From the NCBI GenBank assembly GCA_963667465.2, contig CAXXDN010000002.1:288001-352000 (forward strand): 64,000 bases of DNA, written 5' to 3'. Numbering within the stretch: the stretch's first letter is position 1; each line of letters starts with the position of its first letter. The position numbers and the translations under genes are program-made. The DNA is from Dehalococcoidia bacterium. Lineage in GTDB: Bacteria; Chloroflexota; Dehalococcoidia; UBA2979. Below, in pieces: positions 38,423-48,560 of this stretch. Under the pieces are notes generated by a model that was not told the DNA's origin, ran no database searches, and saw only the letters and a list, made by a program, of their open reading frames with translations.

Positions 38423-38902
38423 ATGACCACGACCCACGAGACCGGTTCCGCTGCGCCCGAATCCCGCGTGCAGCTGGCGCTCAACGTCACCGACCTCGAC
38501 GCCGCGATCGGCTTCTACTCGGAGCTGTTCCACACCGAGCCGCACAAGCGACGCGAGGGCTACGCCAACTTCGAGGTCGCCGATCCGCCGCTCAAGCTGG
38601 TGTTGATCGAGCAGGCCGGCAAGGAGTCCGGCGGCCAGTCCCTCAATCACATCGGCGTCGAAGTCTTCAGCACCGAGCACGTCATCGCCGAGACGCGGCG
38701 CCTCGGAGCGGCCGGCCTCGAGACGCGCGTCGAGGACGGCGTCGTCTGCTGCCACGCCGAGCAGGACAAGGTCTGGGTCAGCGACCCGGACGGCCTCGCC
38801 TGGGAGGTCTACACCGTCACCGACGACGACCCGGCGATGATCGAGTTCGTCCCGGCCTCCGGCGTGCCCGGGGACTGCGACGACCCGGCCTGCTGCGAGT
38901 AG
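38423..38902 (+). CDS. ArsI/CadI family VOC metalloenzyme
   Basis: QLALNV, GYANF...PPLKLVLIE, CCHAEQDKVWVSDPDG..WEVY, C-terminal CC. Confidence 0.9.
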   Translation: MTTTHETGSAAPESRVQLALNVTDLDAAIGFYSELFHTEPHKRREGYANFEVADPPLKLVLIEQAGKESGGQSLNHIGVEVFSTEHVIAETRRLGAAGLETRVEDGVVCCHAEQDKVWVSDPDGLAWEVYTVTDDDPAMIEFVPASGVPGDCDDPACCE

Positions 38903-38926
38903 CTCGCCCGGGCGCGCGGTCGCCCG

Positions 38927-40153
38927 ATGCAGGATTCTCCGCCCACCGACGCGCGTATGGAGCGCAGCCTGCGGCTGCTTCCCTTCTGGTGGGTGCTGCG
39001 CTGGGCCTGGCTGGGCGAGGCGATCTGGGTCGTCTACCTGGTCGAGACACGCGGACTGACGATCGGGCAGATCCTGCTCTTCGACGCCGTGTTCTTCGCC
39101 AGCTTGCTGCTCTCCGAGGTGCCCACCGGCGTCGTTGCCGATCGCTACGGGCGGCGGATCAGCATGCTTTGGGGATCGCTGCTGATCTCGGTGGGGTTCC
39201 TCGTGTTTGCGCTCGCCGATGTGCTGCCGGTGCTGCTCACGGCGTACGTGTTGTTCGGCGTCGGCAGCGCGCTGATGAGCGGGGCGGACGACGCGTATCT
39301 GTTCGACGCGCTGCGTGCGGTGGGCCGGGTGCGCGAGTTCCCGGCTGTGGCGGGGCGGCTCAACGCGATGATGACGCTCGCCGTCGCGGGCTTCACGATC
39401 ATCGGCGGCCTGATGGCGACGGTCACTCCGCTGTCCTGGCCGATCGTCGCCAGTGGCGTCCTCTCGATCATGGCCGCCAGCCTCGTCTTCCGGCTCGATG
39501 AACCGCCGCGCGATCCCGGCAGCGCGGCTGACTCGTTCTTCGCCACGGGCCTCTCGGCGGCACGCCGCGTGGTGCGCGTGCCCTCGCTGCGCTGGGCGGC
39601 GACGCTCGGCGCGCTGCCCTGGGTGGCGGGCTTCGCCGCGTTCACGGTCTGGCAGCCGGTGCTGATCGGCTACGAGGTGCCCGTGGTCGCGTTCGGCTGG
39701 GTCGCGGCGGGAATGATGCTCATCGCGGCGACCGGCGGGTGGAGCGCCGACTGGTTCTCGCGGCGGCTCGGGATGAGCGGCGCGCTGCTACTGCTGCCCG
39801 TCATCGGGGCCATTTCACTGCTCGGCGGCAGCGGGGGCGGGCTCTGGTTCGTGCCCCTGTTCGCGCTCGCCCCCTTCTCCCAGAACGCGCTGCACCCCAT
39901 CAGCACCGTCTACATCTCGCGGCGCGTGCCGGACAGCGAGCGCGCGACCGCGCTGTCCCTCCAGCAGTTCGGAGCGCAGTTCGCGACGATCTTCCTCATG
40001 CTGTCGCTCAGCGCCCTCGTCTCGCGCGTCGCCCTCGGCCACGCGCTCGCCGGGGCCAGCGCCCTGCTGCTTGCCGTCGCCATCGTCTGCTGGCTGCTCT
40101 GGCGCCGCACCGGCGATCGCGAGCTCGCGCCCCCCGAGGACCTCGCGGCCTGA
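38927..40153 (+). CDS. MFS transporter
   Basis: EVPTGVVADRYGRR, SGADDAYLFD, about 12 TM helices. Confidence 0.9.
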   Translation: MQDSPPTDARMERSLRLLPFWWVLRWAWLGEAIWVVYLVETRGLTIGQILLFDAVFFASLLLSEVPTGVVADRYGRRISMLWGSLLISVGFLVFALADVLPVLLTAYVLFGVGSALMSGADDAYLFDALRAVGRVREFPAVAGRLNAMMTLAVAGFTIIGGLMATVTPLSWPIVASGVLSIMAASLVFRLDEPPRDPGSAADSFFATGLSAARRVVRVPSLRWAATLGALPWVAGFAAFTVWQPVLIGYEVPVVAFGWVAAGMMLIAATGGWSADWFSRRLGMSGALLLLPVIGAISLLGGSGGGLWFVPLFALAPFSQNALHPISTVYISRRVPDSERATALSLQQFGAQFATIFLMLSLSALVSRVALGHALAGASALLLAVAIVCWLLWRRTGDRELAPPEDLAA

Positions 40154-40203
40154 GGCCGGTCTGCGCGCTGCGACCACCGACCCGCGCCTGCTACTCTCGG
40201 CGC

Positions 40204-40425
40204 ATGTGCAGGAGTATCAAGACCCTTCGCGAGGGCGCCCAGCTCGCCGGCGACGAGGAGATCGAGGCTGCCGCGTTGCAGTTCGTGCGCAAGGTGAGCG
40301 GTTTCCGCCAGCCCGCCGCGCACAACGCCGCGGCCCTCGACAATGCCGTCGACGAGATTGCTGCGGCCACCCACGAGCTGCTGCACTCGCTGCGGATCGG
40401 CCGCCCCGCCGCGCGGTCCGGCTGA
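40204..40425 (+). CDS. DUF2277 family protein
   Basis: MCRSIKTL...EEIEAAALQFVRKVSGF. Confidence 0.85.
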   Translation: MCRSIKTLREGAQLAGDEEIEAAALQFVRKVSGFRQPAAHNAAALDNAVDEIAAATHELLHSLRIGRPAARSG

Positions 40426-40440
40426 GCCGCCGGTGACCCC

Positions 40441-41301
40441 GTGAGCGCGACCTACCGCACGCGCGAGATCGATGTCGGCGAGGCCGTGCTCGTCCTCGAC
40501 GAGTGGCCGGGCAAGGGCGCGCGTCCGGTGCTGTTCCTGCACGCCACCGGCTTCACGCGCGGCGTCTGGAGGCCGACGGCCGGAGCCCTGACCGATGCCT
40601 GCCGCCCGATCGCGCTCGACCTGCGCGGCCATGGCGGTTCGCACTGCGACCTGCCGGTCGGGCGCTGGGCCGAGCTGGCCGGCGACGTCGAGCGTCTCGC
40701 GGGCATCGAGAGCTGGTCCGGGCTCGTGATCGTCGGGCACTCGCTCGGCGGCGGCGTCGGCACGCTGCTCGCGCTGGAGCGTCCGGACCTCGTGGATGCG
40801 CTGCTGCTCATCGAGGCGCCGTTGAAGCCGCCGGACGGCGAAGGCGGCGGGAACGCGAGCGACATGGTCGAGGTCGCGCTGCGCCGCCGCTACGAGTGGC
40901 CGAGCCGCGCGGCCGCCGCTGAGCACCTGCGCGCCCGTCTGCCGTACAGGGCATGGGATACCGAGGTCTTCGCCGGCTTCGTCGACTCGGGCCTGCGGGC
41001 GGTCGGCTCCGCTGGCGCAGTGCAGCTGGCCTGCGCGCGAGAGACCGAGGCCGCCGTGTTTACCGGCGGCAGGGTTGGTGATCTGTGGGCCGCACTCCCG
41101 GAGCTCGAATGCCCCGTCTGGATCGGGCGTGGCACCGGCTCGCTCGGCCTCTTCTCGACAACCTCGGAGCAGGCGGCCTCGCTCCCGAAACGCGCCTACG
41201 AGTGGGTCGCCGAGGGCAGCGGTCACTTCGCGCCGCTCGAGCGCCCGCAGTGGGTGGAGGCGATGGTGCGCGAGGCGCTCGCGGTCCTCGACGGCTCGTA
41301 G
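40441..41301 (+). CDS. alpha/beta hydrolase
   Basis: HATGF, DLRGHG, GHSLGG, GHFAPLE. Confidence 0.92.
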   Translation: MSATYRTREIDVGEAVLVLDEWPGKGARPVLFLHATGFTRGVWRPTAGALTDACRPIALDLRGHGGSHCDLPVGRWAELAGDVERLAGIESWSGLVIVGHSLGGGVGTLLALERPDLVDALLLIEAPLKPPDGEGGGNASDMVEVALRRRYEWPSRAAAAEHLRARLPYRAWDTEVFAGFVDSGLRAVGSAGAVQLACARETEAAVFTGGRVGDLWAALPELECPVWIGRGTGSLGLFSTTSEQAASLPKRAYEWVAEGSGHFAPLERPQWVEAMVREALAVLDGS

Positions 41302-41371
41302 CCGTCGCAACCCGCTAGCGCCGCGCCAGCCCGCGCCCATACGCTGATCGGGCAACGTTCACACGATCGAG

Positions 41372-43021
41372 GTGCACACGATGCAGCGTCGCCCGGCTCT
41401 GCCCGCCGCGCTCGTCCTGCTCGCCGCCGCGTGGCTCATTGCCTGTGGCGACGAGCGCGACGCCGCCGCACCCGCGACGGCGACGGCAGCACCCGAAACG
41501 CCGGCAGCGACGCCCACCGCCAGCCCCTCGATCGCGACGGCAACGCCGACCGCCGCGGTCGCGACGCCGACCTCCACGCCGAGGGCGACGCCCACGCCCC
41601 GGCCCACCTTCGAGGCGCCTCCCGGCGTCGACTCCGGGCCGATCTCCGACCGCGAGGCTGCGAACCTGCTGAACGCCTTCATTCACTCACCCGTGGAGGG
41701 GCCGGTACGGGAGGCGCTGTGGCGCATCGTGGCCGCTGAGGACCAACGCTTCGTCGCCGTGCTGATCGACATGCTGTTCGCGCGCCTTGCCCGCGTGATC
41801 TCGGTGGGACCTGACCGCTTCGAGTACGGGGACGCCCTCGACCTGCTCACCGGCCAGACGATCGGCTACGACTACTTCAGCTGGCTCAGGTGGTATGGAG
41901 CGACCGACCTGGTTCCGCCGCCCGGCTACCTGGGCTGGAAGGGCCGCCTGCTCGCGAACATCGACGAGCGTTTCCAGGACTTCCTGAACGACGAGCACGC
42001 CTCGGCGATCCGGGTCGAGGAGATCGTCTGGGGCGGTGTAGGCGTCGACGGCATCCCGCCGCTCGACCTCCCGCGCACGATCGCTCCGGAAGCGGCGGAC
42101 TGGTTGGGGCCGGAGGAGGTGGTCTTCGGCATCTTCATCAACGGCGAGGCGCGCGCCTACCCGCTGCGGATCATGGACTGGCACGAGCTGGCGAACGACA
42201 TCGTCGGAGGCGTGCCGTTCTCGCTCGCCTACTGCACGCTCTGCGGCGCTGGCATCGCCTACGACGGCCGCGCGCCGAACGGCGAGCTGTATACCTTCAG
42301 CACCTCGGGCTTCCTCTACCGCAGCAACAAGCTGATGTACGACCGCGTCACGCGCACGCTCTGGAACCAGTTCACCGGCAAGCCCGTGCTCGGCGAACTC
42401 GTCGGCGCGGCCGACACCGAGGGCAACCCGCTCCAGCTCAGCCTGCTCCCGGTCGTGCTCACCAGCTGGGAGGACTGGCTCGCCCAGCACCCCGAGACGG
42501 ACGTGATCGACATCAACACCGGCTACTACCGCCCCTACGAGCCCGGTATGGCCTACGGCGAGTACTTCTCCGAGAGCGGCACCCTGTTCCCGGTCTGGCT
42601 CGAGAGCAACGAGCTGAGCCTCAAGAACTTCGTCTACGGCCTCCGCATCGGCGGCGACCGCAAGGCCTACCGGCTGACCGCGATCGCCAGGGAGCGCGTC
42701 GTCAACGACGCCGTCGGCGATCAGCAGGTCGTGCTCGTCGCCGCCCGCGGCGAGGTCCAGACCGAGGGCGCCAACGAGCGCAGCGGCCCGGTCGTCTACA
42801 ACTCCGGCGGCGAGGTGCGAGCCTTCGCGCGCGACCGCTTCTTCACGCCCGGCGACGGCCCCGACGTGCTGCTCGACGCCGCGGGCGGCGAGTGGCGCTT
42901 GACCGAGGAGGCGCTGCTCGGTCCCCGCGGCGAACGCCTCGAGCGGATCAACGGCCACCTCGCCTACTGGTTCGGCTGGTACGCCTTCTACCCAAACACC
43001 GAGGTCTACGGCGCGAACTGA
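41372..43021 (+). CDS. DUF3179 domain lipoprotein
   Basis: Lipobox [45 protein letters not shown]. Confidence 0.88.
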   Translation: MHTMQRRPALPAALVLLAAAWLIACGDERDAAAPATATAAPETPAATPTASPSIATATPTAAVATPTSTPRATPTPRPTFEAPPGVDSGPISDREAANLLNAFIHSPVEGPVREALWRIVAAEDQRFVAVLIDMLFARLARVISVGPDRFEYGDALDLLTGQTIGYDYFSWLRWYGATDLVPPPGYLGWKGRLLANIDERFQDFLNDEHASAIRVEEIVWGGVGVDGIPPLDLPRTIAPEAADWLGPEEVVFGIFINGEARAYPLRIMDWHELANDIVGGVPFSLAYCTLCGAGIAYDGRAPNGELYTFSTSGFLYRSNKLMYDRVTRTLWNQFTGKPVLGELVGAADTEGNPLQLSLLPVVLTSWEDWLAQHPETDVIDINTGYYRPYEPGMAYGEYFSESGTLFPVWLESNELSLKNFVYGLRIGGDRKAYRLTAIARERVVNDAVGDQQVVLVAARGEVQTEGANERSGPVVYNSGGEVRAFARDRFFTPGDGPDVLLDAAGGEWRLTEEALLGPRGERLERINGHLAYWFGWYAFYPNTEVYGAN

Positions 43022-43094
43022 CCCGGTCCAGCGTCCCGCGGGTCCATTCGAGGCTGGCCGCGTAGAATCGCGCCCGGCGGAAGGAGCTACCGCG

Positions 43095-43913
43095 ATGGAG
43101 CAACTCGAAGGCAAGGTCGCCGTCGTCACCGGTGGTGGCAGCGGCATCGGCGAGGGCATCGCCCAGGCCTGCGCGGACGCGGGGATGCGCGTCGTGATCG
43201 CGGACATCGAGACCGGTGCAGCGGAGCGCGTCGCGAACGCGCTCCGCGAGACGGGCGCCGAGGCGATCGCCGTGCAGACGGACGTGACGGACCGGGACGC
43301 CCTCGACGCGCTCGCTGATGCGGCCTACGAGGCCTTCGGCGCGGTCCACCTGCTCTGCAACAACGCGGGCGTGATCTCGGTCGGCGAGATCGCCTCGACC
43401 ACGCCGGGCGACTGGCAGTGGCTCTTCGGCGTCAACCTTTTCGGCGTCGTGCACGGCATCCAGGCGTTCGTGCCGCGAATGCGCGAGCAGGGTGGCGAGG
43501 CGCACATCGTGAACACTGGCTCGATGTCCAGCATCGCGGCCACGCGCGCCGTGCAGGTCGGCGTCTACTGCGCGACGAAGCACGCCGTCCTCGGCCTCTC
43601 GGAGACGCTGCGCAACGAGCTCGAGGGCGACGGGATCGGCGTCTCGATCATCTGCCCCAGCGGTGTCGCGACGCAGCTCTTCGCCGCCGACCGCAACCTG
43701 CCCGACGAGCTGCGCGGCCGTGTGACGCCGCGCGTCGAGGAGCGGCGGGACGTCGCACGGATCGCGCCGCGCGAGGTCGGCGCGATGGTGGTCGACGCCG
43801 TGCGCGCCAACCGTTTCTGGATCATCACGCACCCGGAACGGCGGGCCACGATCGAGGAGCGCTCCGCGGGCCTGCTCGCGGCGTTCGACGAGGCCGCCGC
43901 GAGCCAGGCGTAA
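43095..43913 (+). CDS. SDR oxidoreductase, tandem copy 1
   Basis: TGGGSGIG, NNAG, YCATK. Confidence 0.93.
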   Translation: MEQLEGKVAVVTGGGSGIGEGIAQACADAGMRVVIADIETGAAERVANALRETGAEAIAVQTDVTDRDALDALADAAYEAFGAVHLLCNNAGVISVGEIASTTPGDWQWLFGVNLFGVVHGIQAFVPRMREQGGEAHIVNTGSMSSIAATRAVQVGVYCATKHAVLGLSETLRNELEGDGIGVSIICPSGVATQLFAADRNLPDELRGRVTPRVEERRDVARIAPREVGAMVVDAVRANRFWIITHPERRATIEERSAGLLAAFDEAAASQA

Positions 43914-43964
43914 CGAAGCCGGCAGAGCGGGCCAGCCAGGACGCACCGGAAGGAGCGATCGGCG

Positions 43965-44783
43965 ATGGAGCAACTCGAGGGCAAGGTGGCCGTCGTCACC
44001 GGCGGTGGCAGCGGCATTGGCGAAGGCATCGCCCGCGCGTGCGCGGACGCCGGGATGCGCCTCGTCATCGCGGACATCGAGGCGGACGCAGCCCAGCGGG
44101 TAGCCGACTCGCTGCGCGAGCCCGGCCGCGAGGCAATCGCCGTGCGTACGGACGTGACGGACCGTGCTGCCCTCGATGCGCTCGCCGACGCGGCGTACGA
44201 GGCGTTCGGCGAGGTCAACCTGCTGTGCAACAACGCCGGCGTGATCTCGGTCGGCGAGATCGCCTCGACAACGCCGGAGGACTGGCAGTGGCTGTTCGGC
44301 GTCAATCTCTTCGGCGTCGTGCACGGCATCCAGGCGTTCGTGCCGCGGATGCGCGAGCAGGCCGGCGAGGCTCACATTGTGAATACCGGGTCGCTGGCCA
44401 GCGTCTCGATCACGCGCGCGGTCGATGTCGGCGTGTACTGCGCGACGAAGCACGCCGTCCTCGGTCTCTCGGAGACGCTGCGCAACGAGCTCGAGGCTGA
44501 CGGCATCGGCGTCTCGATCCTCTGCCCGGGCGGAGTGGCGACGCAGTTGTTCGCAGCCGACCGGAACCTTCCCGAGGACCTGCGCGGCCACGTCACGCCA
44601 CCCGTGCGGGAGCGCGATGACGTCGATCGGATGCAACCGCGCGAGGTGGGCGAGCGGGTGGTGCAGGCTGTCCGCGACAACCGCTTCTGGATCATCACGC
44701 ATCCCGAATTCCGCGGCATGATCGAGCGGCGCACGCAGCGCCTGCTCGACGCGTTCGACGAGGCCGCGGCCAGCGCCGGATAG
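43965..44783 (+). CDS. SDR oxidoreductase, tandem copy 2
   Basis: TGGGSGIG, NNAG, YCATK; very similar to copy 1. Confidence 0.93.
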   Translation: MEQLEGKVAVVTGGGSGIGEGIARACADAGMRLVIADIEADAAQRVADSLREPGREAIAVRTDVTDRAALDALADAAYEAFGEVNLLCNNAGVISVGEIASTTPEDWQWLFGVNLFGVVHGIQAFVPRMREQAGEAHIVNTGSLASVSITRAVDVGVYCATKHAVLGLSETLRNELEADGIGVSILCPGGVATQLFAADRNLPEDLRGHVTPPVRERDDVDRMQPREVGERVVQAVRDNRFWIITHPEFRGMIERRTQRLLDAFDEAAASAG

Positions 44784-44820
44784 CACGCGCGAGGGCGATC
44801 AGCGAAAAGGAGGCAGGGCA

Positions 44821-45636
44821 ATGGAGCAACTCGAGGGAAAGGTGGCCGTCGTCACCGGCGCCGGCAGCGGCGTTGGCGAGGGCATCATCGAGGCCTGCGT
44901 GGATGCCGGGATGCGCGTCGTCGTGGCCGACATCGATCTCGAAGGAGCCGAGCGTGTCGCCTCGGCGGCCCGCGAGCGGGGGGCCGAGGCGATCGCGGTG
45001 CAGGTGGACGTCTCCGACCGGATCGCGATGGACGCGCTCGCCGACCGCGCCTACGAGGAGTTCGGGGAGGTCAACCTGCTCTGCTGCAACGCGGGGGTCA
45101 TCGTCGAGACTACGATCGAGGACAGCACGGACGCGGACTGGGAGTGGCTGTTCCGCGTGAACGTGATGGGCGTGGTGCACGGCGCGCAGGCATTCGCCCC
45201 GCGCATGCGAGAGCAGGAGGGCGCCGCGCACATCGTCAATACCGGCTCGATCGCCGGCATCTTCGTGCCGCCACTGGACGTCGGCACCTACGCGGCGAGC
45301 AAGCACGCCGTCATCGCCATCTCCGACCGGCTCCGCCACGAGGTCGCCGACGCCGGCATCGGTGTCTCCGTGCTCTGTCCGGGCGGGGTCACGACCCGGC
45401 TGTTCGAGGGGCATCGCAACGTGCCCGCCGACCTCGCCGACAGCGTCACTCCCGCCACGCGCATGGACGGCGCAGGGGGCATGGCGCCCGCCGAGGTCGG
45501 CAAGCGAGTCCTCGACCACGTGCAAGCGGACCGCTTCTGGATCATCACGCACCCGAGGGACGACGACCGCGGGCGGCTCGAGGAGCGCTACGGAGGCCTG
45601 CGCGACGCCTACGAGTGGGCCCTCGAGCGCTCGTGA
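44821..45636 (+). CDS. SDR oxidoreductase, tandem copy 3
   Basis: TGAGSGVG, CNAG, YAASK. Confidence 0.93.
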   Translation: MEQLEGKVAVVTGAGSGVGEGIIEACVDAGMRVVVADIDLEGAERVASAARERGAEAIAVQVDVSDRIAMDALADRAYEEFGEVNLLCCNAGVIVETTIEDSTDADWEWLFRVNVMGVVHGAQAFAPRMREQEGAAHIVNTGSIAGIFVPPLDVGTYAASKHAVIAISDRLRHEVADAGIGVSVLCPGGVTTRLFEGHRNVPADLADSVTPATRMDGAGGMAPAEVGKRVLDHVQADRFWIITHPRDDDRGRLEERYGGLRDAYEWALERS

Positions 45637-45681
45637 GCGCCTCCCGAGAGCGGGGCGCAGCGGCGTAGGGAGACAACGGCG

Positions 45682-46491
45682 ATGGACCAACTCGAAGGCA
45701 AGGTGGCCGTCATCACGGGCGGCGGCAGCGGGATCGGCCAGGGCATCGTCGGCGCCTGCGTCGAGGCCGGGATGCGCGTCGTCGTCGCCGACATTGATCT
45801 CGACAGCGCGGAGCGTGTCGCCTCGGCGGCCCGCGAGAGCGGCGTCGACGCGATCGCGGTGCAGGTGGACGTCTCCGACCGCGTCGCGATGGACACCCTC
45901 GCGGAGCGCGCCTACGAGGAGTTCGGCGAGGTCAACCTGCTCTGCTGCAACGCGGGCGTGATCGTCGAGACCTCGATCGTGGACAGCACGGACGCCGATT
46001 GGGAGTGGCTGTTCCGCGTCAACGTGCTGGGTGCGGTGCACGGCGCCCAGACGTTCGTCCCGCGCATGCGCGACCAGGAGGGCGAGGCGCACGTCGTCAA
46101 CACCTCCTCGATGGCCGGGATCACCGTGCCGCCGGTGAACGTCTCCACCTACGCGGCCAGCAAGCACGCGGTCGTCGCCCTCACGGATCGCCTCCGCCAC
46201 GAGGTGGTCGAGGACGGCATCGGCGTCTCCGTACTCTGCCCGGGCGGGGTGGCCAGCCGGCTGTTCGAGGGCCATCGCCACGTGCCGGAGGACCTCGCCG
46301 ACAAGGTCACGCCCGCGCTGCGTACCGAGGGCCGCGGCCGCATGTCGCCCGCGCTCGTCGGCAAGCGAGTGCTGGACGCCGTGCAGGCCGGCCGCTTCTG
46401 GATCATCACGCACCCGCGCGAACGGGAGCGTGTCGACGAGCGCTACGAGGAGCTCCTCGCCGACTTCGCCTGGGCGCTGGAGCGTTCGTGA
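45682..46491 (+). CDS. SDR oxidoreductase, tandem copy 4
   Basis: TGGGSGIG, CNAG, YAASK; very similar to copy 3. Confidence 0.93.
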   Translation: MDQLEGKVAVITGGGSGIGQGIVGACVEAGMRVVVADIDLDSAERVASAARESGVDAIAVQVDVSDRVAMDTLAERAYEEFGEVNLLCCNAGVIVETSIVDSTDADWEWLFRVNVLGAVHGAQTFVPRMRDQEGEAHVVNTSSMAGITVPPVNVSTYAASKHAVVALTDRLRHEVVEDGIGVSVLCPGGVASRLFEGHRHVPEDLADKVTPALRTEGRGRMSPALVGKRVLDAVQAGRFWIITHPRERERVDERYEELLADFAWALERS

Positions 46492-46958
46492 GCGCCGCCA
46501 GCCCCGTTGCCGCCGCGCGCCGCGAGATCGAGCGGCTCGTCTACTACTACGCCGAGCTGCAGGACGCCGCGGACTGGGACGCCATCGCGGACATGTTCGA
46601 GCACGGCGACTTCGTGGCGGACTCGGGCGTGGGCTGGCGCGGCAAAGCGATCGCGGAGCGCCGCACGGCCAACGTGCGCGCCTACTTCGACGGCACGCCG
46701 CGCACCCGCCACGTCACGACGAACCTGACGATCGACATCGACCTCGATCGTGGCGAGGCAAGCGCCGAGTCCTGCTACACCATCCTGCAGGGCCCGCCCG
46801 CGTTGCCGCTCCAGCCGATCGCGGCCGGTCGCTACATCGACCGTTTCGAGTACGTCGGCGGCGCCTGGCGCTTCACCTACCGTCGCAGCGCCCTCGACCT
46901 GCTCAACCGCTTCGACGCCTTCCGCCGCGACTACGAGCCGCCCGAGGACGCCTCGTAG
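46488..46958 (+). CDS. SnoaL-like/NTF2 family protein
   Basis: IERLVYYYAELQD, TRHVTTN, GRYIDRF...WRF; GTGA overlap. Confidence 0.88.
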   Translation: MSAASPVAAARREIERLVYYYAELQDAADWDAIADMFEHGDFVADSGVGWRGKAIAERRTANVRAYFDGTPRTRHVTTNLTIDIDLDRGEASAESCYTILQGPPALPLQPIAAGRYIDRFEYVGGAWRFTYRRSALDLLNRFDAFRRDYEPPEDAS

Positions 46959-47043
46959 GACCCCCATCCTGGACGAGCACGCGCTGCGCGCGGCTCTGGC
47001 CCGCCCCACCCGCCCTCAGTGGATGCGGGGCTGCGCCCGCCGA

Positions 47044-47105
47044 CTGGATTCCGGCTTTCGCCGGAATGACGGGGAGGGGATCCGGCCCCCTCTTCCGGGG
47101 GAGAG
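47044..47105. repeat. REP-like type B repeat plus left part of an IS-interrupted type A repeat
   Basis: CTGGATTCCGGCTTTCGCCGGAATGACGG then CCGGCCCCCTCTTCCGGGGGAGAG; the remainder GGTGGGGGTGAGGGGG resumes at 48596. Confidence 0.8.
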
Positions 47106-47126
47106 ACACCCCAGGGTGCTAAGGCG

Positions 47127-48350
47127 TCAAGCGGCGAGCTGTTCGCGGTCGTGGCGGTGCGCCCAGGCGGTGGCCTCGTCGTAGGGGCGACGTGCCTTCA
47201 GGCAGCCGTGGAGGTAGCCGACGAGGCGGTTGCCGAGAGCGCGCAGCGCCTGGTGGTGGAGGTCGCCCGCGGCGCGGCGGCGGTGGTAGAAGTCATGGCA
47301 GCCGGGGCTCGCCTGCAGCGAGCAGAGCGCCCAGCGGTCCACGGCGTCGGCGAGCCGGCGGTTGCGCACGAAGCGGGCGCGCACGCTGCGCTTGCGGCCC
47401 GATGCTACGGTGAGCGGCGAGGTGCCGGCGTAGTTCCTGCGGGACTTCGCCGACTCGTAGCGTTCGGGGTCGTCCCCGAACTCGCCGAGCACCCGGGCGC
47501 CGAGCACGACACCGAGACCGGGCAGGGAACGGTAGATTGCGGCGTCCGGGTGCTGCTCAAAATGGCTCGTGAGCGCGGCCTCGAGCTCCGTAAGCTGACG
47601 GTTGATCTCGCTGATCTGCGCGACCGCCGCGCGGGTGCTCGCGGCGAACGCCCGGCTCACGGCAGGCGGCGCCTCGAGTTGCGGGGAGCGCAGCGCGTCG
47701 CGCACCGCGGCGGCGCGCCGCTCGAGGTTGCGCTGACGTCCGCCGCGGCGCAGCGCCGAGCGGATCTTCGACGTGCTCAGGCGCGCCGCCTCGCGCGGCT
47801 CGCTCGCCCGCGCCAGCACGCCCAGGGCGTCGCCGTGCGCGAGGCTGGGGAAGGCCTGCAGGGCAGCCGGGAAATACTCCCTGAGGGCGTTGCGCAGCCG
47901 GTTGGTCTGGCGCACGCGGTCCCAGATCAGCTGCTGGTGGGCGCGGGCGAGGATGCGCACCGCGGCAGCCTCGTCGCTGTCGCCGGCCAGCGGACGGTGG
48001 TTGTGGCGGTCGGTGCGCACGAGGTCGGCGAGCAGCTTCGCGTCGGCGGCGTCGGACTTGGCGCCGCCCAGGTGGTGACGCTCACGGTAGCGCGCCGCCG
48101 AGCGGGGGTTGATCGCGTAGACGCGGTAGCCGGCCGCGAGCAGGGCCGTGACCCAGGGTCCGCGGTCGGTCTCGATGCCGACCACGACCGCGCCCGGGTC
48201 TGAGGCGTGCTCGGCAACCAGTTCGTGCAGCACGGCGACGCCCGCGACGCCCTCGGGCAGCCGCCTGGCGGCGAGCCGTTCGCCGGCCTCGTTCATGAGC
48301 TGGACATCGTGGTGGTCTTCGGACCAGTCGTCACCGACGTAGAGGGTCAT
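47127..48350 (-). CDS. IS110 family DEDD recombinase/transposase
   Basis: YVGDDWS, GIE, KSDAADA (DEDD RuvC); LPGLGVVLGARVLGE, YAGTSPLTVASG (catalytic Ser domain). Confidence 0.95.
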   Translation of the reverse strand: MTLYVGDDWSEDHHDVQLMNEAGERLAARRLPEGVAGVAVLHELVAEHASDPGAVVVGIETDRGPWVTALLAAGYRVYAINPRSAARYRERHHLGGAKSDAADAKLLADLVRTDRHNHRPLAGDSDEAAAVRILARAHQQLIWDRVRQTNRLRNALREYFPAALQAFPSLAHGDALGVLARASEPREAARLSTSKIRSALRRGGRQRNLERRAAAVRDALRSPQLEAPPAVSRAFAASTRAAVAQISEINRQLTELEAALTSHFEQHPDAAIYRSLPGLGVVLGARVLGEFGDDPERYESAKSRRNYAGTSPLTVASGRKRSVRARFVRNRRLADAVDRWALCSLQASPGCHDFYHRRRAAGDLHHQALRALGNRLVGYLHGCLKARRPYDEATAWAHRHDREQLAA

Positions 48351-48399
48351 CGTGCCTCGCTTTCCTGCGCTTCGTGCTGCTGTTTGCGACCTGCCGGGC

Positions 48400-48560
48400 T
48401 GGTCCTGCGACGGCCTAATGGACCAGTGCTCTCGGGCACGACACCCCAGGAGTGCTGTGGACCACCCGGACACACCAGCCGGGGCACGGTCTCTCCCTGG
48501 AGATCGCAGTGTCTCGGGGAGGGGCAGTGCTCACCGGCCGGCCGGTCCAAGACCAGTCTC
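48400..48560 (-). ncRNA. IS110 bridge RNA (ends approximate)
   Basis: 5' loop guides CCCCUCCC / GGGAGAG match the target; 3' loop guides GGGGUGUC / CCAUUAG match the donor junction; flanking stems present. Confidence 0.8.

Noticed and set aside
41372-43021. DUF3179 as a selenoprotein
   Set aside because: Uninterrupted ORF with CTLC; no in-frame UGA
48351-48473. N-terminal extension of the IS110 transposase (448-aa ORF)
   Set aside because: The DEDD domain begins at MTLYVGDD (48350); the extension overlaps the bridge-RNA donor loop
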